Of a DNA stretch of 64,000 bases, positions 1-13,533 are shown piece by piece. Positions within the stretch are counted from its first letter, which is position 1. Every line of letters begins with the position of its first letter. The stretch covers positions 103,292,001 through 103,356,000 of the forward strand of contig OZ024743.1 of NCBI GenBank assembly GCA_964016885.1, written 5' to 3'. A program made the position numbers and the translations under genes. Source of the DNA: Eledone cirrhosa. Taxonomy: Eukaryota. The notes under the pieces are model-generated. The model was not told the DNA's origin, searched no databases, and saw only the letters and a program-made list of their open reading frames with translations.

Positions 1-830
1 TATAGACAATAATAATTCGAATCTTAATCCTCATAAAAATAATAATAATATGACTGGCATGTATAAACGAAATTCTAAAAATTATGATTCAAACACCTGT
101 ACTGTGAATAAATCGGGGAAAAGAACCAGAACTAAATCAGTTATATGATTCCCCCCCCCCCTCTGCTTCTGTAGCAGTAAAAACACCACTAGCTAATCTA
201 TTCTTTAAGGCTTTAGATAATTCCTTCCCTAGTCAACATAAATACCGTTCCATATTTAATAGACACAAAATTAAGCATTCTTATTCTATTTTATGAATAT
301 GGCCCAAAACATCGCTAAACTAAATAGTAGAATTCTAAACCAAAATCAGCATAATGGTGTTAATAATAGTGTTAATATAAATAATAATAAATGGAAATGT
401 AATTGTAGAAACAAACCAGATTGCCCTCTGCAAAATGATTGTCTGGATAGAAATTTGGTGTATAAATGCACCGTAAAAACAAATAACATCACATACAACT
501 ACATAGGGGCAACTTCTTCGACATTTAAATCGAGATTTGCGAATCACAAATGCTCGTTTTCGAATCTTAATAGGAAGTGTTCGACTTCTTTATCACAACT
601 TATATGGTCATTAAAAGACAAAAATTTAAAATACTCGATTTTTTGGACGAAGCTTTGTAATAGTAGAATCTACTCGAACTCGTCTATATCAAATAACTGC
701 AACCTCTGCACAAAGGAGACCCTATTAATAATTACTAATTATGAAACTTAATTAACAAAAAGAGTGAATTATTCCAAACTGCCTTCATAAAGCTTTGTCT
801 ACATTCCAAGCCTCGCAAAAAGTCAGGAAA
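1..830 (+). pseudogene. Penelope-like element 3' ORF fragment (linker + GIY-YIG endonuclease), Hydra-clade-like
   Basis: ORF 293-751: CNCRNKPDCPLQNDC, VYKC...YIGATSSTFKSRFANH, CNLCTKE. The upstream frameshifted part reads FFKALDNSFPSQHKYRSIFNRHKIKHSYS, matching the element at 35.2-36.0 kb. Clade label is from remembered motif patterns, not a tree. Confidence 0.85.
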
Positions 831-2623
831 AAACACTAAACAAACAGGTTTTAATTTTTGACGTCTCTTATCATTAGTTGGACCTAAAACGTTATAACAG
901 TTCATAAAACTTTAATAATACTTTATTTTCTAATTATTTATGATAGAATTAATGTTAGAATGAAGGATCCTGTTTAGGTATATAAACATATTATTTGTTA
1001 ACTTGTTCTCTTGATAAATATGTACACCTTTGGATTATTTTAGATATTTATAATTTAGATTCGAATCTTTATATATTTGTCTCTGTTTTAAATATATAAT
1101 TTGGATATTTAACTTGTAAGATTACCGGTTATAATTGAACCGTAGATCATTCATGCATTTATATATTTTACTCATTTTGGGTATGTTTTGGGACTCAGAA
1201 AGTTAGATTTGCACATATATATTTTTTTATATATATCTAGGTATAAATATAACAAACCATACTAGTCGACAAATATTCTTTCCACTGAACTGGAGGTAAA
1301 ACTACAATTATAGCATTACTAATAATGATTGTAATTATTTATTTATTATATGTATATCGTTTCACTAAAACCTATAATACTCTCTCTATATAGTTGTACA
1401 AATATGTTTATCTAGTATAATAACATGCTCGTAGTAACATTTATAAGTAATTTGGATACTCAAATGACTCTTTATTGTTATAAGTGTTTGATATTCCCTT
1501 GATGTTCGAAATTATATAATGATTATTATTTTATTTTATTTAATTTACTTTATTTTAATTAAATTTAGATTACCTTCGGCTTTTTCAAATCTTTAGCTCC
1601 TCTTTCTATCACCTTCGCTGGACATTTTAGAAGTATCTTTTGTCTACTATATATTAAAACCCTCTTGCATTTTAAACTATATTTTTAATATTGGGCATTT
1701 TTATGTTTCGCAAACAATTCATTATTTTTTCACTTTTTATTTTTTATTTTGTATCTAGTCCTTATCCTTAGGACTCACGTAGTTTTGACTTATATATTTA
1801 TAGTATATATCTATTAAATGATCCTTTTACAATAATTGATCTAAAACATTAATTTTTAACAATATTTTCAGTAACTTATTTACTATATTGTATTATGTTA
1901 TGTATATTTGAAAGGTATCATCTTAAGTCTCTAGACAATATAATCTTTGTGTATTTTTTTTTTCTTGATAAACACATATAAAATGAGACCTCTTTAAGGC
2001 CTGTTGATCCTTTAGGCACTCAAATTGTTAATCATAAATTCTTTAAAAATTATAACTGTAATTATTTTCTAAATTATATTATATGAACTGTTGTCAATAT
2101 TATAAATAATTTTGGTAAAGTTTACCTTCGTGAGGTTGTAAAAACATTATGTTTTCTTTCTCGTGTTTGTAAATCCTTTAAATTTGATTTCATAAAATTT
2201 TTATTTTAAAAATTAAATTTGATAGTATACTTTAATATTAATACAGATAGCTATGATATATATTGTATATATGGATAATTGTCTAAAAACTTAACATAAG
2301 TTATTCCTCTTTGACTCTCTCTCTGTAATCAACTCTCTTTTGTTTTTCGGGGCCCCTACTCACTACATTATCCCATCAGCTGTTTCTTCCTCTATGCTTT
2401 CCTTTCTTTCCTCTTTCTTCAGTAATTTAAATTATTTAACAGTTATATTGATGCCAAGTATTTTTTAAGCTGTCTCACACGCACCCTCTCTATTGTATGT
2501 ATTATATATTTTTCTCATGTTCTCAATATTAAGGTATATAAATATTGAGTTTTGCCATATATTACTCACTACCATAACTGAATCTTAACCATCTACTATG
2601 TCAGGGTATGTCATGCATCATCT

Positions 2624-2690
2624 TATTTTATCTGATGAGGACGTACTGTTGAAGTTAACTCAGTACCTCTGAAATATGTATAATAAAATA
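2624..2690 (+). ncRNA. Type I hammerhead ribozyme motif (family F1), probably in the pLTR of the upstream PLE
   Basis: TATTTTAT-CTGATGA-[GGACGTACTG...CAGTACCTCT]-GAAA-TATGTAT-A-ATAAAATA: perfect 8-bp stem I, stem II, short quasi-palindromic stem III. Confidence 0.8.
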
Positions 2691-2835
2691 TACTTGATCA
2701 CAAGAATATCTATTTTGTTAATATTTTGAATTAATATTAATAACTCTGGAAAACCAATACTGTTGAGTGCTTCCAATCTATTGTAAAACTCATTCTTTGA
2801 TTTGTTCATTGAACCTTGTTTAACTTTTAAATATA

Positions 2836-2839
<4 letters not shown>

Positions 2840-2926
<87 letters not shown>
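2840..2926. repeat. (TG)n microsatellite (representative of dozens of TA/TG/GA tracts in the window)
   Basis: Seen directly. Confidence 0.95.
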
Positions 2927-2931
<5 letters not shown>

Positions 2932-2986
2932 CCAAATCATACACAAAACGCCAGGACCAACAGTTTTACCAGAGATGTCAACGTGA

Positions 2987-3191
2987 ATGGACCTGTTATT
3001 TTTATCTAAAGACATTTTTTCCACCAATACCATCCCGCCCGTCCCCTCAATCTATTTTATTTCTCATTCTTTCTTCTGACGAAGGACTAGCGTCCGAAAC
3101 GTTAAGACCCTCTTCCTGCTATATCATGCGTTAACCTAATATAAACCTTCCATATACTGTACCGATTGTGTTGTTATTTCTGTTTACCTTT

Positions 3192-3195
<4 letters not shown>
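2987..3195 (+). mobile_element. Solo PLE pLTR-like element (family F2) with minimal hammerhead at ~3072-3107
   Basis: TCTT-CTGACGA-A-GGAC-TAGC-GTCC-GAAA-CGTT-AAGA. Closely similar copy at 39478-39680 and a 3' part at 43455-43540. Ends at microsatellite. Confidence 0.75.
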
Positions 3196-3257
<62 letters not shown>

Positions 3258-4640
3258 CCACTATGTATCTGTATAAAATACATGGTTGAGCTTTTATTTA
3301 TTTCTATACGAAGAGTAAAATGATATTTATATAGTTTTCTAGCCAGCTGGCAGATTTCGGCTACATGTATATAAGGCTTTATTGATATATATATTGCCGA
3401 CAAGCTGTCTACCAGTCAATGACCTGGCCAGAAACACTCTTTCGTATTTCATCGCTTCTTCTCTCCCTGCTCACTTTTCTCCTTTCTCAACATCTCAAAT
3501 TCCCCTGCTTTCTCTCTTCAAATATATTTTCAGTGGTTATTTCTTCACACTGTGCAGTCATTCATTAGATTTCCCACGCTCTTGGGGATTAAGGACAAAG
3601 AGTAAAAACAAACACGAAGAAAGATTGAGTCCGTGACGTTGGAGACTCCTCTCCTAACGACGAATGAACAAAGAAACATTCTTAATTTGCACACACACAC
3701 ACAGATACACAGGCACACACACATATATACATACGCACACACACGTGCACCCGCGCACTCCCATCACACTCGCTCCCCCATATATATATATATGGGGGAT
3801 AAAATAAAGTACAAGTAATACACTGGGTAATTGCTGGCCTTGTGCCAAAAATAGAAACAAATATATATATATATATATATATATCGTCAAAAATATTCCT
3901 CACCCTTCTATAGGCATAGCTCTTAAACTAAATTTCCCTATATCTACAAGCCATACATTCACAAACACATGCACTTAAAATACCCAATTTAAACTAATCA
4001 ACCGGCAAACCTATCAACAGAAACACATAGACACACACAATCACACTGGTATTGTACCCTCTTATAAAAATAAAACATTTCTAACACTACCCTAACCTAT
4101 ATAAAGCTATATCAGACGTTCAAGGCCTCCACAAAACGTAGCTAGATGATGCGTCTAAGCTGAAACTTGAAGGTCAAAACCACTTCCTTACTTAGAAAAT
4201 AAATTTCTACACTTTACCCACCAGCATTGAATGCTCATTCAGTTATGAATATTTGGCGAATACTACAACATTTTAAACACTTATTGATATATCCATAATA
4301 CTTATAAGAAGGGAGTTTGTTAATTTGTACGTTGAACACTAATAACACTAAATAGAATTAGTAATAATTAATGATTTTAATGTGTTTTTTTTCAACTAAG
4401 CTGACCTTCGACATGCTCGCCAGAGACTTTTTCTCTAGAAATGGAATTTGGGGGACGAGGAGGGGGAGATTTTACTGCTCTTTCTAGCATATTGACTTTG
4501 TCGCAAGTACTCTTGCTGGTTTATACATTCATAAGATTTGTCTCTATACCTGTCTATCTTACTCTATCTCGCTTAATGTCTCTCTATCTAGCTAACTCCC
4601 TCTCTGTCTCTCTTTAAATGTCACTCACTTATTCTGTATG

Positions 4641-4815
<175 letters not shown>

Positions 4816-5524
4816 AGAAGCAAAAAATTGCTTATTGTGATCCAGTTTTTGGTTAAGAAGGCCAGTTTCATGGATGGTTTCAACGTACGGTTAGGGGTAA
4901 CTCCACAAGTTTGTAAGAATTCCGTTCAATCTTGGAGTATAAAGTATAAAAGAGAAAACACAGGTAAGCATTAAGAGAATGATTTAATCCAGGTATTTAC
5001 GACCGTTTCATTGGTAAGTGCAACCTTATATTGCTATACTGCAAATAGCAGCCACTCAATTATAATTGTTGTTCACAGTCCAAATTTTCAAAATAGTGAG
5101 TTACTCTTGAAATAATTCTTAATATATAGAGAAAAACATTTATTTGGAATTGTATTTACTAGTATAGAGAGAGAGGAATCAGACGGCATAGTATAGAGAG
5201 AGAGGAAGGGGGAAGAGGTAGGAAGTAGAATGACAAACTGAGGTGGAGGTAGGGGTAGAGGTGGAAGGATTCTTTGGTCAGTTTTGATAGCAGACATCAT
5301 GTCGTGTAGTGTAGTGAGTTAAAGAGAATTAAATAGAGAATAGTGGGAGGGATGGATAGAGAGGGGGGGAGAGAGAGAGGGGGGAGATATAAAGAGATAA
5401 ATATATATATAAGTTGAAAAAAATGAAAACGAAATTTCATTTCTCACTCTTAGTATGGCACTTACTTAAATGTAAGTATGTATGTATACGTACATACATA
5501 TATGTATACAGACGTACAGTAGCA

Positions 5525-5585
<61 letters not shown>

Positions 5586-5696
5586 GCATACAGGTACACA
5601 TACATATATGCACGCATCAGTTTAGCCGACGTTTATTCAACTTATCGTTTTCGGTATGCTTGACCGATTTAACTCACTCAATATGCAAATTCTCAC

Positions 5697-5850
5697 ATGT
5701 GAGAAAAACCACAGACCCTCCATCTCAATGCTACTTTTGAAAAGCAGAAGAACTGCGAAACCGGTAAAGGAACCAAATAAATATATATATTTTTTAAAAA
5801 ATAAGACTCCAGTTGCATTTTCGATTTCATCTTTTTTTCTTTATATATAT
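5697..5850 (+). mobile_element. pLTR-like element (family F3) with U3-A8 variant minimal hammerhead at 5734-5769
   Basis: CTT-TTGAAAA-GCAG-AAGAA-CTGC-GAAA-CCGGT-A-AAG. Further copies at 39856-40066, 40734-40922 (-) and 40931-41070. Confidence 0.7.
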
Positions 5851-5867
5851 ATATATATATAAATATA

Positions 5868-6023
5868 TATAACGAAGGAGGTGTGGTAAGGAACCAGATG
5901 GACCATAACGCACCAGAGTACTCAACACTTAGGGCAGTAGTGTGGGTAATAGGAAAAAGTTTGACCCCGACGGCAGAGCGCCGTCGAGACGGCTTGAGCT
6001 CTGCCATCGGGGTCAAACTTTTT

Positions 6024-6027
<4 letters not shown>
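5868..6027. mobile_element. Fold-back fragment of PLE pLTR family F5 (same family as 18519-18710)
   Basis: TAGGAAAAAGTTTGACCCCGACGGCAGAGC ... GCTCTGCCATCGGGGTCAAACTTTTTCCTA inverted arms around the HHR 3' half; (TA)n on both sides. Confidence 0.7.
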
Positions 6028-6119
<92 letters not shown>

Positions 6120-6271
6120 AGTATATATATATATATATGGAGAGAGAGAGGGGGAGAGTTATATATAAGTATGTGTTTCTGTATGTGTATGTTTATGCAT
6201 ATGTATGTGTGCCTGTGTCTGAGCAACTGATAACAAATACTTTCTTTGTCCACTTAAATATAGGTTGTATA

Positions 6272-6318
<47 letters not shown>

Positions 6319-6548
6319 CTGTGTGTGTATGTGTGTGTGTGTGTGTGCGTGTCTGTGCACATCTCTCTGACTCTATACACAGTCACACACACACACACAC
6401 ACACACATACACACACATATATATATATATTTATATGAATGTATATATATACGTATGTGTGTGTCATTGTAGACACCTTACTTTTTTACAGACCTCACTA
6501 TTCTTTAGCAGAACATGTCAATAGAGCCACTTTGTTGCTGAGATTAAA

Positions 6549-6730
6549 GGATTGGCAGTATCGGTAGAGTGTCGGACGCCATGCTTTCCAGCATAGTTAC
6601 TTCCCTTTACGATCTGAGTTCAAATCCCGCCGAGGTTGACTTTGCCTTTCATCCTTACGGGGTCGATAAAATAAAGTACCAGTAATGCACTGGGTAATTG
6701 CTGGCCTTGTGCCTAAAGTAGAAACAATTA
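6549..6730 (+). mobile_element. tRNA-derived SINE (family S1)
   Basis: A-box-like TGGCAGTATCGG, B-box GAGTTCAAATCC, central TTTGCCTTTCATCCTT.CGGGGTCGATAAAATAAAGTACCAG, tail GAAACAATTA; many copies in the window. Confidence 0.85.
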
Positions 6731-7071
6731 AATGAACCTTGAAAATAGGAGTGCCTGTCAGTGTGCAAGTGTTTGTCTATAAGCACTTAATGTGAATTAA
6801 CTTCCGTCTTTTTATCACTATGTATGTTTCTCTAAATATAGTTTTTTCAACGAATCCCCATCCTTTAAATTCATCGGCCAATGACCTCCACCTATCCCAA
6901 TCAACCCCCTACCAACAGAAAATGTATAAATACCACCATATCACATTAACAGTTGGCTTTCCTGATGATTTCCTTCGAAGCCATTTCTATATTAAACATT
7001 TATACTCTGCTTATTATTGAGTACCTTATTTACTAAGATTGCCCCCCCCCCTACATACACACACGCATGTG

Positions 7072-7100
<29 letters not shown>

Positions 7101-7102
<2 letters not shown>

Positions 7103-7945
7103 CAGATATTGAGTTAGAAACTCAAAATAGTCTCATACATTTAAATAGCTCAGAGAAAGAAGTGTTACTGAGCCATGTAATATAATTGAATATACAAGAG
7201 CGATAAACACAAATATAAACATACATGTGTTCGAATTGTAAGGGACCAAGTTCACTAGGGTGAAAATAATACTAACTATAACAATATGGTTTGCCAGACA
7301 CAATTTCAAGTAATAAATCAAGAAAAAGAAGAACAAACCTATATTGGGCAACTGCCTGAAACACCCAGACAGCTTTGGGAGCTGTTTCGCAATTTATTTA
7401 GCGAAGGAAATTACCAATTATATTACACGGCTCAGAAAAACTTCTTTCTTGAAGCTATTTAATTGTAAGAGACTATTTTGAGTTTCTAACTCAATATCTG
7501 ATATTGTCGGCTCCGTCTTGTCGAGCTAATTTAAATGTCGTGTAAACTCGGTTGTTATTTTTAGCAACGTATGTTTATGAGACACGCTAGGTTCTGATGC
7601 TATGTGCGTTATGTCATATTCACACACTATTCAGTCTTCTGATATTCTTAAAAGTAAAGGGATTATTAATTTTTACACCCACTGAAGAGCAGAAAATTGG
7701 TGATTTCCTTCGCTAAATAAATTACGAAACAGCTACCAAAGCTGTCTGGGTGTTTCAGGCAGTTGCCCAATATAGGTTTTTTTTTTCTTGATTTATTACT
7801 TTAAACTGGGTCTGGCAAACCATATTGTTATAGTTAGTATTTTTTTCACCCTAGTGAACTTGGTCCCTTAAAATCGAACACGTGTATGTTTATATTTGTG
7901 TTTATATTTGTGTTTATCTCTCTTGTATATTCAATTATATATAAT

Positions 7946-8003
<58 letters not shown>

Positions 8004-8087
8004 TAATTGAATATACAAGAGAGATAAACACAAATATAAACATACACGTGTTCGATTTTAAGGGACCAAGTTCACTAGGGTGAAAAA

Positions 8088-8090
<3 letters not shown>
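7101..8090. mobile_element. Rearranged PLE pLTR cluster (family F4) with nested inverted repeats
   Basis: 7101-7174 inverted to 7429-7502; ~7175-7425 inverted to ~7695-7940; ~7843-7945 inverted to ~7998-8090 across a short (TA)n. Confidence 0.75.
7675..7753 (+). ncRNA. Canonical type I hammerhead ribozyme motif (F4)
   Basis: ACACCCA-CTGAAGA-[GCAGAAAATT...AATTAC; the inverted copy has AATTGC]-GAAA-CAGCT-ACCAA-AGCTGT-C-TGGGTGT: 7-bp stem I, 6-bp stem III, GUC site. Confidence 0.85.
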
Positions 8091-8119
<29 letters not shown>

Positions 8120-8128
8120 AATATATAA

Positions 8129-8220
<92 letters not shown>

Positions 8221-8314
8221 GCAACCATTCGGGTTGGAATCCAGGAATTTCCAACCAGAATGGTTACATTTTTAAGGGTATGTCAATATTTATTTATAAA
8301 ACTAACCTATATTA

Positions 8315-8380
8315 TATTTTATCTGATGAAAGCGCACCATAGTTTGCTCTGGTGGCCCTTGAAATATGTATAATGAAATA
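8315..8380 (+). ncRNA. Type I hammerhead ribozyme motif (F1)
   Basis: TATTTTAT-CTGATGA-[AAGCGCACCA...TGGTGGCCCTT]-GAAA-TATGTAT-A-ATGAAATA. Confidence 0.8.
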
Positions 8381-8511
8381 AATATGGTTTTATAAATATA
8401 GTTTCCATTTGTTAATATATTGTATATTTACTCCAATAATTTGTTGAGTCCTTTATATCAGTTATAAAAATATTTTGCTTGTTGTATCCCAACAAATTAA
8501 ATATAACCTCT

Positions 8512-8553
<42 letters not shown>

Positions 8554-9681
8554 ACATACACACATTTATATTTATACATATATATATTCATGTGTACATG
8601 TGTGAGTATGTATGTCTATACACATGTTTGTGTGTGTGTGTATGTGTGTGTGTATGTATGTATACACATACATGCTTACATATATATCATTATGTGTGCA
8701 GTGTACCTTTCAGCATTAAACATTGCCGTTTAAGTAAAGCCTTTAACTTCAAATGCATTTTTACTAAATTATCGAAAAAGAGAGAAGTAAGACTTATAGA
8801 TAATTTGTATTTGGATTTGAAATGAGAGCCTAATGCGAAATAAATCGGGTTGAAACGTAATTAAGAAACGTTATCATTAGACTGGAAATAGTCATATTGG
8901 ATCAGTTTACCAAAGCACTCGCTGGTGATTTTAAATGTTTTAGTTTATATGAATTGAATTTAACTTTTACTGTTTTCACGATATTCATTGAAATGCAGTT
9001 TGCAATTTAGCCAAAGAGGGAACATTTATATAGCCACTTGACATGCTAGAAATAGCAGTCAAATCTCCTCAGATAAACATTTTATTAATTTACAAAATGT
9101 ACGAAAGGAACAATTGGAAATGTAGTCCTAGATACATTGTCTGGATAAAAGAGTGTATGATCACAATTGGAAGAAAGTTGAACAAATATCTCAATGAGGC
9201 TGGCCTAGAAGTAAACAATTAAAACAGCAACAACAATAACTTAGTGACGCTTTTCTAATGTCGTACCACCACAGGCGCTGAGCTGGCCAGCCGCGGGTGT
9301 GAGCCTCACGAGTTGGAATGGCTCTTCCAATGCATTTCTCTTACCATCCTCCGAGGAAACACCTTCTTCATTCTGTCCTCCGAGACTGTGGGGAGGCCTA
9401 CACGTGGGACTCCATTTGCTCACCATACAGAGAGATGGGGAGAGCGAGAGAGATGGAGGCGATGACAGTGGGTCTTCGGCTCTTCCACGTTCGGACCATA
9501 TCCTTGTGTTTGTGTTTATTGCCTATAGAGTTTGTAAATGTTTAAGTGTACACTCATTCATCTCTCTCTCTATGTATAAATATATACAAACACACAGTTA
9601 CAAAGTTGTTGACTGCTAATACATCTTTGTTCGTCGCGGATTAAACAATCTGTCATTTCTTCATTATTTCATATTCTACTA

Positions 9682-9881
9682 GGGCGGTGGATTGGCAGTA
9701 TCGGTAGTGGATTGGCAGTATCGGACGCCATGCTTTGAAGCATAGAGTTATTTCCCTTTATGATCTGAGTTCAAATCCCGCCGAGGTGAACTTTGCCTTT
9801 CATCTTTATGGGGTCGATAAAATAAAGTACCTGTAATGCACTGGGATAATTGCTGGCTATGTGCCAAAAGTAGAAACAATT
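9682..9881 (+). mobile_element. tRNA-derived SINE S1 with probable target-site duplication
   Basis: Full S1 copy with a duplicated head; flanks ATTATTTCATATTCTACTA / ATTATTTCCCATTCTACTA. Confidence 0.85.
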
Positions 9882-10080
9882 ATTTCCCATTCTACTAAAA
9901 TTGATTGTGCTATTTGAAGAGATCAGGAATCTGAAACTTGTGTATGATAAATAATGGATTATTTACATTCAATGAGGATGCCTTCTTTACTTGTGAGAAG
10001 CAGTAAATAATAGAATACAAGCTCTGGTTAGACAAGGTATCGAATCCAGGATGGAGGTAATTTTACATCCATTACATAAT

Positions 10081-10640
10081 TCATCCCAGTCAGGTTGCTA
10101 CCGAGTGCTACTCAGTACACCCTGTCACACGGCCAGGTCATCGGTGTCTGGACCGGCAACATCACGAAGCTTTCTTGGTGAGGTGGGATGAAAAAGGAAA
10201 TCTGTCAAAGGGCGAAGAAACTCAGTAGAGTAACTGCCATCCAATATTGTGCAACAAAAAGGGTAGACAGAACTCGTTAGCCTTGTTTGTCCGTCTGTCT
10301 AGAAGGATCACTCTGATTTGAAAACTGGGTAGATGGAAATCTTTTAGGTGGCCATCAGCTTCATCCTTGTAAGCATATTCCGAAAAGGGGTCGGAAGAAG
10401 ATTCGGGACACACTGATGCCACTTTTTCCCCGATGAGAGTTATGGACATACAGCATCATATAGATGATGCAATTGTCCATAGTTCGCGATCATCAGCAAT
10501 GAGGATGGGAAGAGACCGGACATATTAAATATCTTTAGGTAAGGCAAAATGCACTTAACTCCTAGTGGAATCGCAGGGACGCAGGTACTGGTACACGGTG
10601 TTCCTCGGACATTTTAAACCTAGCGAATCCTATTCCTCTG
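10081..10640 (+). mobile_element. Diverged 5' region of an RTE-type LINE or non-autonomous derivative
   Basis: Shares CAGTACA.CCTG, GGCAAC, CTTGGTGAGG and GCCATCCAA with 27145-27345; the later blocks (TGAGG, CTGTCAAAGGGC, GCCATCCAA) also match 63720-63845 (-). Confidence 0.5.
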
Positions 10641-11502
10641 GAGGCGGTCGGGACAGAGGAAGGAGACAGAGAAGGAGAAGTTGACACTTTTACTAAACTA
10701 GTTCTTTATTTATCGATCTCCAAAGGATAAAAACCAAATTTGACTGCAGAGCGCAGTGAACCCGAACAAATAACGTTACAATATTAAGCCGAATCGTAAT
10801 GACTCCACTTATTCGCTCCCCTTACAAACTACTACAAATACCACTGCTCTGACAGAGTTAACTATTTGAATATGGTGAGAGTTAGAGCTCTGAGAGAATT
10901 AACTATTTAGATAGGAAGAGTATTGGGCCCTGTCGTTAAAGAATATTTCCTGTTCGGTCTTCTGTTGTTTATAAATAAATATTTAACTCCGTTCCTGCAC
11001 ACGCCACTGGACACCACAACTACAATGGATAATTTTGATAACGTTGAGTGCATTAATCTTAACTAAAATAAAGAAAGGAGTGCGGGACTGCGCCCAGAAT
11101 ATATTTTTTTACCCCGTTTGTAAAATAAGTTGGATTACTTTGAATAAATAATGAATGAATATTACATAATTTATGTGCTAAATTTTGTGGCTGTTGATTA
11201 AATATATTTTATAGCTTATTTAAAGATTCACTTCTTTAAAATTTTCAAATATCAACCCTTCCGGGTAGCGGCCGTTATATTATAACACTTGGAAAAATAT
11301 CGCAAATAATTCCGGCGTTAATGCAGTTTATATATAATATCGTCTGTTTTTTAATGTATCATGGATTACTTTACTGATTACATAAGACAGTGTAACAAAG
11401 TTCGTTCAATTTCTGTGTATATTGTCAATTACGATTTTATGTGATGTATCATATCTACATGCATATATACTTGCGTATAATATCAATATACACACTACAC
11501 AT

Positions 11503-11541
11503 GCTGGCAGAAAACCACCCGAAGGGTGGTTTTTCTGCTAG
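11503..11541 (+). mobile_element. Possible Helitron 3' terminus
   Basis: AACCACCC-GAA-GGGTGGTT hairpin followed a few nt later by CTAG|T, the usual Helitron 3' signature; 5' end not established. Confidence 0.4.
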
Positions 11542-11611
11542 TTTATTGCATAATTGTTTACTAACCGGAATGACCTGTTCTACCCACTGGTAAACCATAC
11601 AACATAAATGG

Positions 11612-11722
<111 letters not shown>

Positions 11723-12156
11723 ATATATATCAATGCATTTATTTATAATTTTTTTAAAAACTGAATTTCTTTCTCGCGAATCCAGTTTCTCGCCATAATA
11801 ACCATTGTTCTCACTGTTTTTGAAAGAACAGTTCTGAGATACTCCTTAAAGGATAAACTGGCGAAAAATATTCACGTAGGTGTTACACCCATTTAATGAC
11901 CAGCTCTGTTATTCATTTATTTATTAATATTTCCCTGCCCACTAATTTCTGGGAGCATTGTGAGAGTAGAGTCCTCAGCCCAGACACGCTTTGAAGTGGG
12001 CTCTATCGGAAACAACTGTCTCCAAATGGTCATGCTAAATCCCCAAGAGAGGCAAACTAATGTTATCTATTCATTAAAAGAATGTCCGTTAACTTAACTG
12101 CTATGTTTTAATACAACAAGCCACCCTACGTATTTTATTAGAATGTTTATTCACAT

Positions 12157-12241
<85 letters not shown>

Positions 12242-12654
12242 ATTATTTTTATTTGTGGGGTGCATGTACTTAAAAGTTCAAATATGCTATCGTTTAATTA
12301 AGTGTTTAGTTTTCATGGAGCGGGGCTTTTCCCCCACGCATTTTTTTTTTTTTTTTTCATTCATAACATCACCGTGTCTTCATTCACAAACATACTATAT
12401 ACTTTTCTAGTTTTCTGCTATCTGCAGTACTGGTGAAACTATGCTTCATTAATGAAGTCATATTTAAAAAGGGACCCAAATTGTTGACCAACTCGCCATG
12501 GGTCCTGAAAACTGATCACTGATCTCTGATCTCCATCAGGCCAACGACAACCACCTGAAACATCAACAGTCACACACGTAAGAAGAAGACATCAGGATTT
12601 CTCACCACATTTACAAATCAGACATATACACTACTGCATTCATGTTGATTTGTA

Positions 12655-12850
12655 ATTTAGACACAAGGCCAGAAAATTTGGAATAAGGGCGAAATTAATT
12701 ATATTAATCCCAAGTATTTGACTGGTACTTTATTTTATCAACCCCTAAAAGATGAAAGGCCAGCGGAATCTGAACTCAGAATGTAACGAGCTAGAACAAA
12801 TACCGCAATGGCATTTTATCTGAGGCTCTACCAATTCTACTAAACCACTA
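12655..12850 (-). mobile_element. Diverged tRNA-derived SINE (S1-related)
   Basis: Reverse complement has CTGAGTTCAGATTCC, GCCTTTCATC, GATAAAATAAAGTACCAG, CTGGCCTTGTG. Confidence 0.7.
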
Positions 12851-13189
12851 TCCTCCTACTGCATTCCATATTAAAGTTTAGTTTCGGTATCGTTTCTTTT
12901 TCTTTTTTTCCATAATCTCTTATTTTCAGTTTTTCATCCCAGGCCCGACGCTAAGGTATTGAGTGAATGGGAAATAGATGGTGCTTGATGGCACTGCCTA
13001 TCTCCTCAGGTTTTCTTATTATATGCTTATTCCGAGATTCTGTCATAGAATTATTGCGAATCTCCCCCCGACCAACAAAGCCATGAGGAGTAAAAGCAAA
13101 CACGTTTCCGTCAGCACAGTCGATCTACTAGTTCTCTCCCCATACCTCTTCAACTGATTCCATTTCTCTTTCATACTAGTTAATATTGG

Positions 13190-13365
13190 GATCGGCAGTA
13201 TAGGTAGAAGGTCGGGGGCTATTCTTTGCAGCATAGAGTTACGTCCCTTTACGGTCTGAGTTCAAATCCCGCCGAGGTTAATTTTGTCTTTCATCCTTCG
13301 ATTAAATAAAGTACCCGTAATGCACTGGGTAATTGCTGGCCTTGTGCCCAAAGTAGAAACAATTA
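13190..13365 (+). mobile_element. tRNA-derived SINE S1
   Basis: GAGTTCAAATCCCGCCGAGG ... GCTGGCCTTGTGCCCAAAGTAGAAACAATTA. Confidence 0.85.
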
Positions 13366-13497
13366 TTTGCCGTTTAGATGTTTATTGGTTAGGCTCACCA
13401 GTAACATTGTCATTTTGATTAATTTTTTTCTCTTTCGCAATTTGTCTTTCTATCGCGCCCTTCACACATATGCATATATAGACACGCATATTCTCTC

Positions 13498-13533
<36 letters not shown>

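Noticed and set aside
4142-4176. TAGATGA...GAAA hammerhead-like string
   Set aside because: Core altered, 2-bp stem II and no stem I.
4995-5097. Minus-strand TTGAAAA...GAAACGGTC candidate hammerhead
   Set aside because: Stem I not evident and stem II only 4 bp over a long gap; possibly decayed, not counted.
9241-9619. GC-richer segment with overlapping short ORFs
   Set aside because: No recognisable domain, splice context or repeat family that I can support.
11773-11876. CCAGTTT/AAACTGG stem followed by CGAAAAATATTC
   Set aside because: Upstream core CTCGCGA is too far from CUGANGA and stem I does not pair.
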